Under the pieces are notes generated by a model. That model was given only the letters and a program-made list of their open reading frames with translations, did not search any database and was not told the DNA's origin. Positions 50,001 to 57,749 of a stretch of 64,000 nucleotides of DNA are shown here, piece after piece; position 1 is the first letter of the stretch, and each line of letters starts with the position of its first letter. The stretch comes from Bacteroidota bacterium (lineage in GTDB: Bacteria; Bacteroidota; Bacteroidia; Bacteroidales; GCA-2748055). The stretch covers positions 4,543-68,542 of the forward strand of contig JBDLIX010000007.1 of assembly GCA_039714655.1 (NCBI GenBank), written 5' to 3'. Position numbers and translations under genes: made by a program.

Positions 50001-51203
50001 ATCATGGCCAGCATTCGGGAGGACGCACGAAAAAGCGGAAGTCCGGTTATTCATGTGCTTCAATCCATGGCTTATCCTGAAAAGAAGAACAGGGCAGTTA
50101 ACTATGAGTATGTAAGTGGAATCCACGGAGATGGGTTGCCATATAGCGGTGCTGTGGCCCGGATAAATTTCACCAGTCAAAGATGGGATTTTGCGGCTGT
50201 TTCAACCACAGGTAAACCGAAAACTGTGCTGGAGTTTCTAAGAACGTTTAACAGAAGAAGCGGAAAAAATGCGCAAATAGCATGGAATGGTGGTTACATT
50301 CTTAATCCCGAATTGGTGGGCAAACTTGGACTTCCCGAAACCTACATTGGTTCTCCTTTGGGCATGCTGATCTCGGAGGGTCATATGATTTCAGCTCCCC
50401 TGTTCAATAAGCCTGCACTGCTTATCTATAAAGATGGGACCATTGATATCCAGAGGGTCAATTGTGCCACTGGATTACATGTATCATGGAAAAACGGAGA
50501 GATAAAGTTTCAAAGTGACGCCTATAACCGGAAAGAGCATGTTGATGCGTCGGGCTACTATGACCTGTTTTATTCCCGTAATAGAATAGATACAAAGGGA
50601 AGGGTCATTGTAAGACTGGCCGGTGATGTGGTAAAGGAGATTATCAAGAGTGACAAAAACGACAGGGTGCCTGTAGTACCTGTGGGACTTACACTGGCCA
50701 TTAATCCCGGGAACATGCCTGCCGGGTTGAGGGTAGGTCTGAAAGTAAACCTTTCTGTTCCCGGTTACGAAAATGTGTTACATGCCGTTGAGGCTGGTCC
50801 GCTGCTTCTGGAAAACGGATCGGTGGCTATCGATATGGTTAAAGAGGGTTGGAAAACAAAAAACTCCATCCGCACCCAGGCAGCAAGACTGGATTATACA
50901 GAGATGCGCGGTCCGAAAATTGCCATCGGGATCAGCAAAAAAGGTAAGCTGGCTCTGCTTACCATCAACGGACGAATCAGGGAATCGGTAGGAGCCACCC
51001 ATGGTGATATGGCTGGGATCCTGCAAAAATTGGGAATGGATCGTGCCATGGGATTTGATCCCGGAGGCAGCAGCACCCTGGTTGTGGATAATACCACCCT
51101 GAATATCTCTCCTTATAACAAGAACTATGAATATGATGTGTATGCACTTCCTCCGGAACCCAGGGCCGTTTCCAATGCATTCATTGGATTTATCGTTGAA
51201 TGA
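47046..51203 (+). CDS. Fusion protein: GT4 glycosyltransferase (MggA-like) + unassigned middle domain + NAGPA/DUF2233 phosphodiester glycosidase domain
   Basis: GT part: DGVTVEVDKY, HDFYWE, QPTRIISRKRIE, PSKTEGRGLPIIEA (E-x7-E). C-terminal part: WNGGY, EAGPLLL, PKIAIG, INGR, FDPGGSSTL, RAVSNA. Confidence 0.8.
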   Translation: MKLNDLLAFLGEEKIDTWFDLGLFIDRFKEKKAYPSIRFRGSFDEFKEQMRKGGVGFLTFHYMIDGVTVEVDKYASIIRRNIPGIKVHYIAGEIHSKNSPLIKDDYKQCVIPELKGFNDWELYHDFYFTKLERGSDTYNALIKKLWAQTVEIIERVGSYIESEGINLLYVINVCSNPGNVALALATVILSEYLGIPVINNNHDFYWEEGMCKTEREKSGTPSGPRDFFFNNCHLGEVFSVIEMLFPWQSRTWINVNINRGQTEHLIRINGHNPTNVMEIGTAVDTSHYTKSDKRKNINTFIQVEKILSRYGDQLISYSIEDVLSGGLVAEHNPRPILIGAHTGRVERFIGENILFLQPTRIISRKRIETSFNLLIKMFEEEEMELRFRKTSQLKMTLLITGPIAAGHYGYYKRLIEKFQELLNQVGSTLKSRIYLAFFFGELDSDSFKARFDHPVGVAELYNIASLVLLPSKTEGRGLPIIEATACGTPIFCRRYEPEKVYSEVIGEHLEEKDRLKVLEFRGKKVSSTIVQRIIDRVFFPHRYTDEFRHNRRVVHKRYSLDSLNENMNQILHRLYHQIRGNEKILRIVHESLDDYREMVSFTNEDLMELLDTQNRHYLPGYGRLSFMLMLKSIIDPSYFRVEQQHLRGMTFHFAGAIIKNDPDAEHIPEKIIHQFYNAVETLFELRVGESSIQHDHSMAYRHRNKYHYPYQDYTFQELTGLINLLYIKIVQPSPLNKVNINPQFFTDWDLALQQLTGSPYLAIDDRKRLIERLRSNLPIAYFPGAYIMYELEFFALQSIRTRLHLPLEETISRQLLEKEAAVLQPVYIFAQEKNLGKQLNKDEITDYIISGRSEELKLLYEYNVIQIIRTKQVCVGIHFPQLGSRALKVLREIKEQNGYILTNRSNAAMMTDMVNMDRFHIGQVPNQFTAHIMGIPIHSGYIQYVPAGVRTTLAYPTPVQTSKDFERALKSDLFKFLKKKYGEEKIMASIREDARKSGSPVIHVLQSMAYPEKKNRAVNYEYVSGIHGDGLPYSGAVARINFTSQRWDFAAVSTTGKPKTVLEFLRTFNRRSGKNAQIAWNGGYILNPELVGKLGLPETYIGSPLGMLISEGHMISAPLFNKPALLIYKDGTIDIQRVNCATGLHVSWKNGEIKFQSDAYNRKEHVDASGYYDLFYSRNRIDTKGRVIVRLAGDVVKEIIKSDKNDRVPVVPVGLTLAINPGNMPAGLRVGLKVNLSVPGYENVLHAVEAGPLLLENGSVAIDMVKEGWKTKNSIRTQAARLDYTEMRGPKIAIGISKKGKLALLTINGRIRESVGATHGDMAGILQKLGMDRAMGFDPGGSSTLVVDNTTLNISPYNKNYEYDVYALPPEPRAVSNAFIGFIVE

Positions 51204-52327
51204 AGGGACTCTATATACATATTCCGTTTTGCAGACAAGCCTGCAGGTACTGTGATTTCTATTTTTCGGTGACTCTTCACAAAATGGATGAATTTGTGGC
51301 GAGGTTGGTGGAAGAGATTGAAACATGTGGAAAGAGATACCCTGCACAAATCCTGGATACACTCTACCTTGGAGGAGGAACACCTTCGTTGCTATCACCT
51401 AAGCAACTGGATTGGATCCTTGAAGCGGTCCATGGAAATTTTTCATTTCGTGACAACCCGGAGGTCACCATGGAGTGCAATCCTGATGACCTGGATGCTG
51501 CCTTCCCGGCGATGATCAAAGGAAGGGGATTCAACCGACTCAGCATCGGCGTTCAGTCATTTCATGAAAAAGAGCTTCAGCTAATGCGCCGGTCCCACAA
51601 TGCTGAGCAGGCAAAAGAGAGTGTTAAGCGTGCAGCATCAGCTGGGTTTGATAACATTACCCTGGATCTCATCTATGGCATACCCGGTCAGTCGGCTGCT
51701 GGATGGGAAGAGAATGTAAATCAGGCTCTCTCTCTGCCCATTTCACACCTGTCGGCCTACCACCTTACCTTTGAAAAGGGTACTCTTTTTGATCACTGGA
51801 GGAGAAAAGGAAGATTGATACCGGTTCATGAGGATGAGAGTGTAAGCTTTTACCGGTTGCTCAGAGAAAGAGCACTTTCAGCTGGATTTGACCACTATGA
51901 AATTTCCAATTTTGCACTTCCGGGGAAGATGTCACAGCACAACCTGCTTTACTGGTCAGGGTTGCCCTACCTGGGTGTGGGACCTTCGGCACACTCCTTT
52001 GATGGTTCCCAAAGAAGCTGGAACATCGCCTCATTGAAGAAGTATATGGAAGGGATCTCCCGGGGCCTCAGTATCAGCGAATCTGAAGAGCTCTCCCCCG
52101 AAGAGCAGTACCACGACTACCTGATCACCACACTTCGCACCAGGTGGGGAGCAGACCCAAACCAAATTGATCATCGTTTTGGTGAAGAGATCAAAAACCA
52201 CTTTGACCTCAGGTCGCGTCCGTTTCTGGAAGAGGGAACCATGTGGAAACCCAGAGCCAAAATCGCCATCCACCCCAATCACTGGCTGATCACCGATCAT
52301 ATCCTGAAGGAGCTGTTTGTGGATTAG
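51200..52327 (+). CDS. hemW: Radical-SAM heme chaperone HemW (HemN-like)
   Basis: LYIHIPFCRQACRYCDF, YLGGGTPS, RLSIGVQSF, DLIYGIPGQ, HYEISNFA, YLGVGPSAHSF. Confidence 0.9.
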   Translation: MKGLYIHIPFCRQACRYCDFYFSVTLHKMDEFVARLVEEIETCGKRYPAQILDTLYLGGGTPSLLSPKQLDWILEAVHGNFSFRDNPEVTMECNPDDLDAAFPAMIKGRGFNRLSIGVQSFHEKELQLMRRSHNAEQAKESVKRAASAGFDNITLDLIYGIPGQSAAGWEENVNQALSLPISHLSAYHLTFEKGTLFDHWRRKGRLIPVHEDESVSFYRLLRERALSAGFDHYEISNFALPGKMSQHNLLYWSGLPYLGVGPSAHSFDGSQRSWNIASLKKYMEGISRGLSISESEELSPEEQYHDYLITTLRTRWGADPNQIDHRFGEEIKNHFDLRSRPFLEEGTMWKPRAKIAIHPNHWLITDHILKELFVD

Positions 52328-53619
52328 GATCCTGCTACTGCCAATGCTTTACCAATGAGTTCGTCCAGTTTTTCGTGAAGGGTATCGTAACTGAAATACT
52401 TTTTCCCCAGATCGAAATTATATTGGGCGATCTCCTTGGCCAGTGAGGGATTGTAGATCACATCCGACATGTCACGAACGGCCTCTTCGGTGAGGTTGCC
52501 GTTCTCGATCATCACTGTTTTGAAACCCTTGTTGCCGATATCTGGCATGTAGACCGGTTCGTAGTTGTTGACAAAAATGGGGCGCTTGGCCAATACCGCT
52601 TCCACAAATGCATTCCCGAATCCTTCATAACTGCTGAAGTAAGTACATGCGGTAGCACGGGCATAGGCATCAGAGAGGGAAAACCGCACTTCTCCGATGT
52701 TATTGGAGAGGCCCTTGTTGTGAAAAAGATGGTGTGCGAAATTTACCTGCTCTCCCAGTCTCAACTCGTGGATCTGGTTGACCAGCTTATTGTAATAGGC
52801 GCTGCCGGCATCGTCCGCATAATTCCCGGTGATGATCAGTTTGATTTTTTTATCGTTGAGTTCATGGAGCAACTGAATGGCAGTTTCGATCCCTTTTCGA
52901 CGGACAACACGTGTGATCTGGAAAAGAAAAACATCATCCTTGTTGAATCCCATGTGGGTAGCCAGGTTCTCATTTTTCTTGTTTTGAACACCAAAGGGTT
53001 TACTGAAATCCATCACATTGGGTACATTGACCGATTCACGGTCAAATCGTTCCATCAACGTGTTGGAGGCATGGGTATTGATCACTGCATGTATGGAATT
53101 TGGGGCCCTTAAGGGGAAAACTTCCTCTACAAATTCGTTGATATCACGGTGTGGAGAAATATAACGGTCTCCCCGCTCCCAGGCAAAATCGTGGTCGTGT
53201 GTAATGGTCGGTATTCCCGATTTGTGAACAGCTTTGTTGATGGCTAGCCCCATCTCCAGGTGGGAGGGGAGGGCAGAAGCATTTTCAGAAATAATCAGAT
53301 CGATTTTTTTCTCACGGATCCAGTTCAGGATTTTCTTATAAATGACCTTGGAATAGAGATTGAGATGTTCGATGAGTTCCTGTGGATCGGTTTCGGGATA
53401 GAAAAATGCTTTTTTCTGACTCCAGAAACTTTCCGGTGAGAAAAAGGACATTTCAGAAACCAGGGTTTCAGTGGCAGGATCCATAGGTCTTTCCTGAAAC
53501 TGACCCGATAGCGTGTATATGTTATGGCCCATGGACCTGAGCACATCGATCCATTTTTCGGTCTCCAGTGCTACCCCATCGACCCCACCGATCCGTCCAA
53601 TGATAATACCGATGTTCAT
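52324..53619 (-). CDS. GT4 glycosyltransferase, mannosylglucosyl-3-phosphoglycerate-synthase (MggA)-like
   Basis: GGVDGVALETEKW, HDHDFAWER, VPNVMDF, QITRVVRRKGIE, SSYEGFGNAFVEA (E-x7-E), NFDLGKKYFS. Confidence 0.8.
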   Translation of the reverse strand: MNIGIIIGRIGGVDGVALETEKWIDVLRSMGHNIYTLSGQFQERPMDPATETLVSEMSFFSPESFWSQKKAFFYPETDPQELIEHLNLYSKVIYKKILNWIREKKIDLIISENASALPSHLEMGLAINKAVHKSGIPTITHDHDFAWERGDRYISPHRDINEFVEEVFPLRAPNSIHAVINTHASNTLMERFDRESVNVPNVMDFSKPFGVQNKKNENLATHMGFNKDDVFLFQITRVVRRKGIETAIQLLHELNDKKIKLIITGNYADDAGSAYYNKLVNQIHELRLGEQVNFAHHLFHNKGLSNNIGEVRFSLSDAYARATACTYFSSYEGFGNAFVEAVLAKRPIFVNNYEPVYMPDIGNKGFKTVMIENGNLTEEAVRDMSDVIYNPSLAKEIAQYNFDLGKKYFSYDTLHEKLDELIGKALAVAGS

Positions 53620-53634
53620 AACCGGGGAAACTGC

Positions 53635-54531
53635 TTATTTAAGTACAAAGGATGAGGTACCGACGATTTTTCCTTCCGCATAGAGCTCCACTGTATGTTC
53701 TCCCGGAACGATCTCTCCATCATTGGTCCAGAAGATGGAAACCGGAAGGTCTTCATTTTCGTAGGTGACGATCCTGGAAGCTGAAACGGGAATCTGTTCT
53801 TCGTTGTATTCGAGCATCTCCAGCTCAGGCGATCCCAGCAACACCTGGTCGGGTCGAATGATCCTCAGATAGATGATTTTTTCTCCCGGTACGGTAACTT
53901 TATTGGCCCTTAAAACGAAATCGATCCTCACTTTCACAGCGCTTCTGATCCTGGAGCTCTCCTTCTCCCTTTTATTGAGCATCACCAGGTTAATCTGTGA
54001 TGCCTGAAGTGTGGTAGCCAGGTCCTTGATCTCCTCCAATTGTGTTTTGTCCTTCTCCAGCTGCTCCTTCTCCGTGGTAAGGCGACGCTCCGTATTGCGG
54101 AGTTGCTTATTCGCGGCCAGCAATTCCTGATTTTGCATGTTCAGAGAATCGATTTGCACAACATAACTTCTTAGTACAGAACGTATAGTCTCCATTTCAC
54201 GCTTGTACATTTTTATCTTGTAAGCATCATCAGCCTGGATGGCGATCAATTTGTCAATCTTCGCCTGTTGTTGTTGCATCTCAATCTGAATGGATAAATT
54301 ATCAGTTTCGAGTGAGTCATATTGAATATAGATATTTCTTAACTCTCCTTCCAATGAATCCCGCTCAATCCGGAAATACTCTGTCTTCTCAGCCAGGTCG
54401 GCCGACACAACATTCAGATTTTTTCTGGTATCAAGCAACAGGTAGACGGCTACGGCCAATACCACCACAAGCAGACCAAGCACACCATATAAAACTCCTA
54501 CATTTGTTTTCTTTTCTTCCATGATGATCAA
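53635..54531 (-). CDS. Bitopic membrane protein with long coiled coil and C-terminal beta-sandwich domain (conserved Bacteroidota hypothetical)
   Basis: One N-terminal TM helix, about 150 aa of heptad repeats, beta-rich C-terminus. Confidence 0.7.
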   Translation of the reverse strand: MIIMEEKKTNVGVLYGVLGLLVVVLAVAVYLLLDTRKNLNVVSADLAEKTEYFRIERDSLEGELRNIYIQYDSLETDNLSIQIEMQQQQAKIDKLIAIQADDAYKIKMYKREMETIRSVLRSYVVQIDSLNMQNQELLAANKQLRNTERRLTTEKEQLEKDKTQLEEIKDLATTLQASQINLVMLNKREKESSRIRSAVKVRIDFVLRANKVTVPGEKIIYLRIIRPDQVLLGSPELEMLEYNEEQIPVSASRIVTYENEDLPVSIFWTNDGEIVPGEHTVELYAEGKIVGTSSFVLK

Positions 54532-54543
54532 ATTAATATTTCA

Positions 54544-54551
54544 CAAATATA
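54544..54551 (-). promoter_or_regulatory. -7 box (TATATTTG) for the coiled-coil gene (and possibly the GT4 gene)
   Basis: Plus strand CAAATATA in the 24-nt gap. Confidence 0.55.
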
Positions 54552-54555
54552 CACA

Positions 54556-55155
54556 TTACTGCGAAGGTTTCGCGACCACTTCTTCAATGGTAATAATGTT
54601 ATTTACAATGGCATAAACAGTAAGCCCTGACACAGATTTTATCCCAAGTTTTCTACTGATGTTTTTGCGATGGGTGATTACCGTATGGGTGGAGAGGAAA
54701 AGTTCATCGGCAATTTGCCTGTTGGTAAGTCCCATGGAGACCAGCCTGACAATGGTTATTTCACGCTGGGTAAGGTCCCGGGAATGATCCCTTCCTGAAT
54801 CGTGGGAACGGAGTTCAAGGAGTTGCATGATCTTTTGGATGATCTCCTCTTTTCCTTCTGACAAATAGATGGAAGCATGAACCTCCTGGTCCTCCTTTTT
54901 GGACGGACCCTGTTTCAGAAGGATGGTCTTTTCCAGCAGGCCCGCTTCTGACAAAAACAGGTCGGTGGACCGGTTGAACAGGGATTGACTGATCACCAGG
55001 AATTCGGCTCCATGTTTTTTGGTGTATTGGATCAACGGATCAACGGCATCAAACTCTCTGATCACCCGAACGCCGTGAATTCGGTTCAGAAGAGAGGCCA
55101 TTCCTTTTCGGATCAGGTAAGAATCAATGGCCAGTATGAATCCTTCGGGCCTCAT
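54556..55155 (-). CDS. LuxR-family transcriptional regulator with degenerate receiver domain (CdhR-like)
   Basis: LTQREITIVRLVSMGLTNRQIADELFLSTHTVITHRKNISRKL HTH. Confidence 0.9.
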   Translation of the reverse strand: MRPEGFILAIDSYLIRKGMASLLNRIHGVRVIREFDAVDPLIQYTKKHGAEFLVISQSLFNRSTDLFLSEAGLLEKTILLKQGPSKKEDQEVHASIYLSEGKEEIIQKIMQLLELRSHDSGRDHSRDLTQREITIVRLVSMGLTNRQIADELFLSTHTVITHRKNISRKLGIKSVSGLTVYAIVNNIITIEEVVAKPSQ

Positions 55156-55886
55156 ATTGAATCATGTTTATTCAGCAGCAGTTGCTCAAGATCTGAAACC
55201 CTGGGAATCAATATTTTATCTTCCATGTTGGCATGATCAACCAAATCCTTCACCAGTGCAGACAGCTCATTAAGCACCTGAATGCTCAATTGAAAATCTT
55301 CAGATGGTGGCAGGTATTTGATGATCAATTTGGAGAGGTTTTCAAGGCTGGTTTCCAGCCGGTCATGTTCCTTTTCGAATTCCCTGATGGAGTAAGTACG
55401 AAGTTTTTCGATGAAAGCGGGGTCGGGACGATGGCGGGTTGATTGCTCTTCAAGTTCCAGGATATAGGGAAGAACGTTTTGTTCCTCTTCGGAGATATGA
55501 CCCAGGAACTCTTTTTTGTAATCATTGAAAAAACCGGTAACCAGGTTTACCTCTTTTTTAGAGAGGTTTGATTGATCCAGAAGGCGATGGATCCGCTCTT
55601 CCACCTGGGGAAGGGCTGTCATTAAATAGTAGTTGTGAGTACTGGTGAGGTATTTTACCATAGTACCCAGTGAAAAGCGAGAGAGGCCCTCTCCCGGAAC
55701 ATAATCATCATCCAGGTATGCATTGGCTATTTCCAGGAAGAAATCACTATTCACCCCATGGATCGAACATACCTCTTCAACGGTCATTTCCCCAAAACCC
55801 AACTTAAGATTGAACCTGGGAAAGAGTGGTAACAACTGTTGATTTTCAAGCAGCGCCTGACACATATGCATATTTCTGGTAATCAT
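55152..55886 (-). CDS. Hemerythrin-domain protein (ScdA/YtfE RIC-like)
   Basis: N-terminal ScdA-like domain LGFGEMTVEEVC; H, HxxxE, H, HxxxE ligands (THNYY, HISEEE, HDRLE, HANMED). Confidence 0.85.
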   Translation of the reverse strand: MITRNMHMCQALLENQQLLPLFPRFNLKLGFGEMTVEEVCSIHGVNSDFFLEIANAYLDDDYVPGEGLSRFSLGTMVKYLTSTHNYYLMTALPQVEERIHRLLDQSNLSKKEVNLVTGFFNDYKKEFLGHISEEEQNVLPYILELEEQSTRHRPDPAFIEKLRTYSIREFEKEHDRLETSLENLSKLIIKYLPPSEDFQLSIQVLNELSALVKDLVDHANMEDKILIPRVSDLEQLLLNKHDSI

Positions 55887-56818
55887 CTTCTATTATTAAG
55901 AGGTTCTATGTCCGATTCAGTGATTCCATATTTCTCATCTGCTTCCAGATTTCCCAATGGTTCCACATGAACCATAATATCGTAAATGTTCTTCAGATTT
56001 GATTTGATGCTCTTTTCCACATTCCTGGCGATATCGTGGGCCTCTTTCACAGAGAGATCGGGATCCACCTCGATATCCAGGTTTACCATATAATGATTGC
56101 CAATCTTTCGGGCACGAACACGGTGAGGATTGTGGGCCCCTTCCACACGATGAACGGCTTCAAAAAGTTTGTAGTATACCTCGGGCTTATCAATGCCATC
56201 CATCAGGTCGATGTTGGATTTCATGAATATCCTAAATGCCTGGTACATAATAAACAAGCTAATGGCAAGGGCAATGAGGCGATCAATAAGGGGTTCCTGT
56301 AAAAAGAGTGTAAAGAGCAGGCTGCCCAGAACGCTGAAAGAGATCAGGATGTCGTTACGCATGTTTTTGGCATTGGCAATGAGCATGGGGCTTTCCACCT
56401 TTTGGCCCGTCCTGAATAGGATCAGGGTCAGTGCCAGTTTTCCAAGGATGGAGATGATGGTTACCCAGATGGCCAATGACGATGGTGGTTCCATTACCGA
56501 ACCGTCCACCAGGATCCTGATGGTTGAATATCCCAGCTGGGCTCCGGCAAAGAAGATCACAAAGGAGAGAACCTTGGCTGCCATCGTATCGGCCTTATTA
56601 TACCCGTATGGAAATTTAACATTGGGAGGTCTGGCAATGACTTTTGCAGCGATCAATACTACCAGTGAAGATACAATATCAGTGGTGGAATCAATGCCAT
56701 CGGCAATAACCGCATAACTTCCCGACACAAAACCGACGATGAGCTTTAATACTGCCAGCAGACCATTACCGACGATGGCCCACCAGGAAGCCTGAATGAT
56801 CTTTTTTTCCCTTTGCAT
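55883..56818 (-). CDS. Cation diffusion facilitator (FieF-like)
   Basis: ADGIDSTTD, FPYGYNKAD, NMRND, C-terminal ZT-dimer domain ending MVHVEP. Confidence 0.9.
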   Translation of the reverse strand: MQREKKIIQASWWAIVGNGLLAVLKLIVGFVSGSYAVIADGIDSTTDIVSSLVVLIAAKVIARPPNVKFPYGYNKADTMAAKVLSFVIFFAGAQLGYSTIRILVDGSVMEPPSSLAIWVTIISILGKLALTLILFRTGQKVESPMLIANAKNMRNDILISFSVLGSLLFTLFLQEPLIDRLIALAISLFIMYQAFRIFMKSNIDLMDGIDKPEVYYKLFEAVHRVEGAHNPHRVRARKIGNHYMVNLDIEVDPDLSVKEAHDIARNVEKSIKSNLKNIYDIMVHVEPLGNLEADEKYGITESDIEPLNNRR

Positions 56819-57748
56819 TTATCGCTTCCCTTTTTGAATGAGATGTGGGTCATGATCCGTTTCATATTCAAATTGGAGGGTCACATGGTTGATGTGAAAC
56901 TCCCGGAGCAGCAACTGTTCAATCTCCTCATGGGTATTTTTCACCTGGCTCAGCTTCAAATCGCTTTTCAGTTCCACATGTGCCTCCAGGTGGATCTCAG
57001 TGTCGGTGAGCATCCACGCATGGGTGTGGTGTATGTTGCGCACTTCGGTCACCTGCTCAACGCGTCGTTTCACTTTTGAAAGGTCCAGTTGATCTGGAGT
57101 TGACTGCATCAGGATATTCACAGACTCTTTCAGGATCACAAATCCCTCACGGATAATATAGATGGATATTAGCAGGGTAATCAAAGGATCGATCCAGTAA
57201 ATTTTAAAGATATGTATCAAGATTCCACCAATGATCACCACCCCTGAGGAGAGGCTATCGCCGATCAGGTGAACATAAGCAGCTCTGACGTTGATGCTTT
57301 TATGGGCATCTTTTTTCAGTATAATGATTGCATAAAGGTTGGCAAGCAGGCCGATCATTGCAACGATGAGCATGATCAGGGAGTTGATGGGCCTGGGGTC
57401 ATTCCAGCGCTCATAAGCCTCTTTGAGAATAAAAACAGTTATCACGATCAGGATAACGGCATTAAACAGTGCAGCCAGGATCTCCAGACGTTTGTAACCG
57501 AAAGTCTTTTTTTGGTTAGCTTCCCGTCTCCCTATGATGGTGGCCAGATAGGCAATAAAGGTGGCAAAGGTGTCACTCAGATTGTGCAGGGCATCGGAGA
57601 TCAGGGCCAGACTGCCCGAGAGAATACCACCGGCAACCTCCACTACGGTGATTACCAGGTTAAGAAGGGTGGCAGCCAGCAGGTTCTTTTCATTCACCGG
57701 ATGATGGTGATGGTTCTTGCGTTTGTGGTTATGCTTGGATTGGGCCAT
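56819..57748 (-). CDS. Cation diffusion facilitator (CzcD/ZitB-like)
   Basis: His-rich N-terminus, SDALHNLSD, TFGYKRLEILAA, AYVHLIGD, HHTHAW, HVTLQFE. Confidence 0.92.
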   Translation of the reverse strand: MAQSKHNHKRKNHHHHPVNEKNLLAATLLNLVITVVEVAGGILSGSLALISDALHNLSDTFATFIAYLATIIGRREANQKKTFGYKRLEILAALFNAVILIVITVFILKEAYERWNDPRPINSLIMLIVAMIGLLANLYAIIILKKDAHKSINVRAAYVHLIGDSLSSGVVIIGGILIHIFKIYWIDPLITLLISIYIIREGFVILKESVNILMQSTPDQLDLSKVKRRVEQVTEVRNIHHTHAWMLTDTEIHLEAHVELKSDLKLSQVKNTHEEIEQLLLREFHINHVTLQFEYETDHDPHLIQKGKR

Positions 57749-57749
57749 T

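Noticed and set aside
51083-51091. Perfect DnaA box TGTGGATAA inside the GT-NAGPA gene (another at 58497-58505 inside zupT)
   Set aside because: Isolated, explained by codons (VVDN; GLST), and about one or two are expected by chance in 64 kb.
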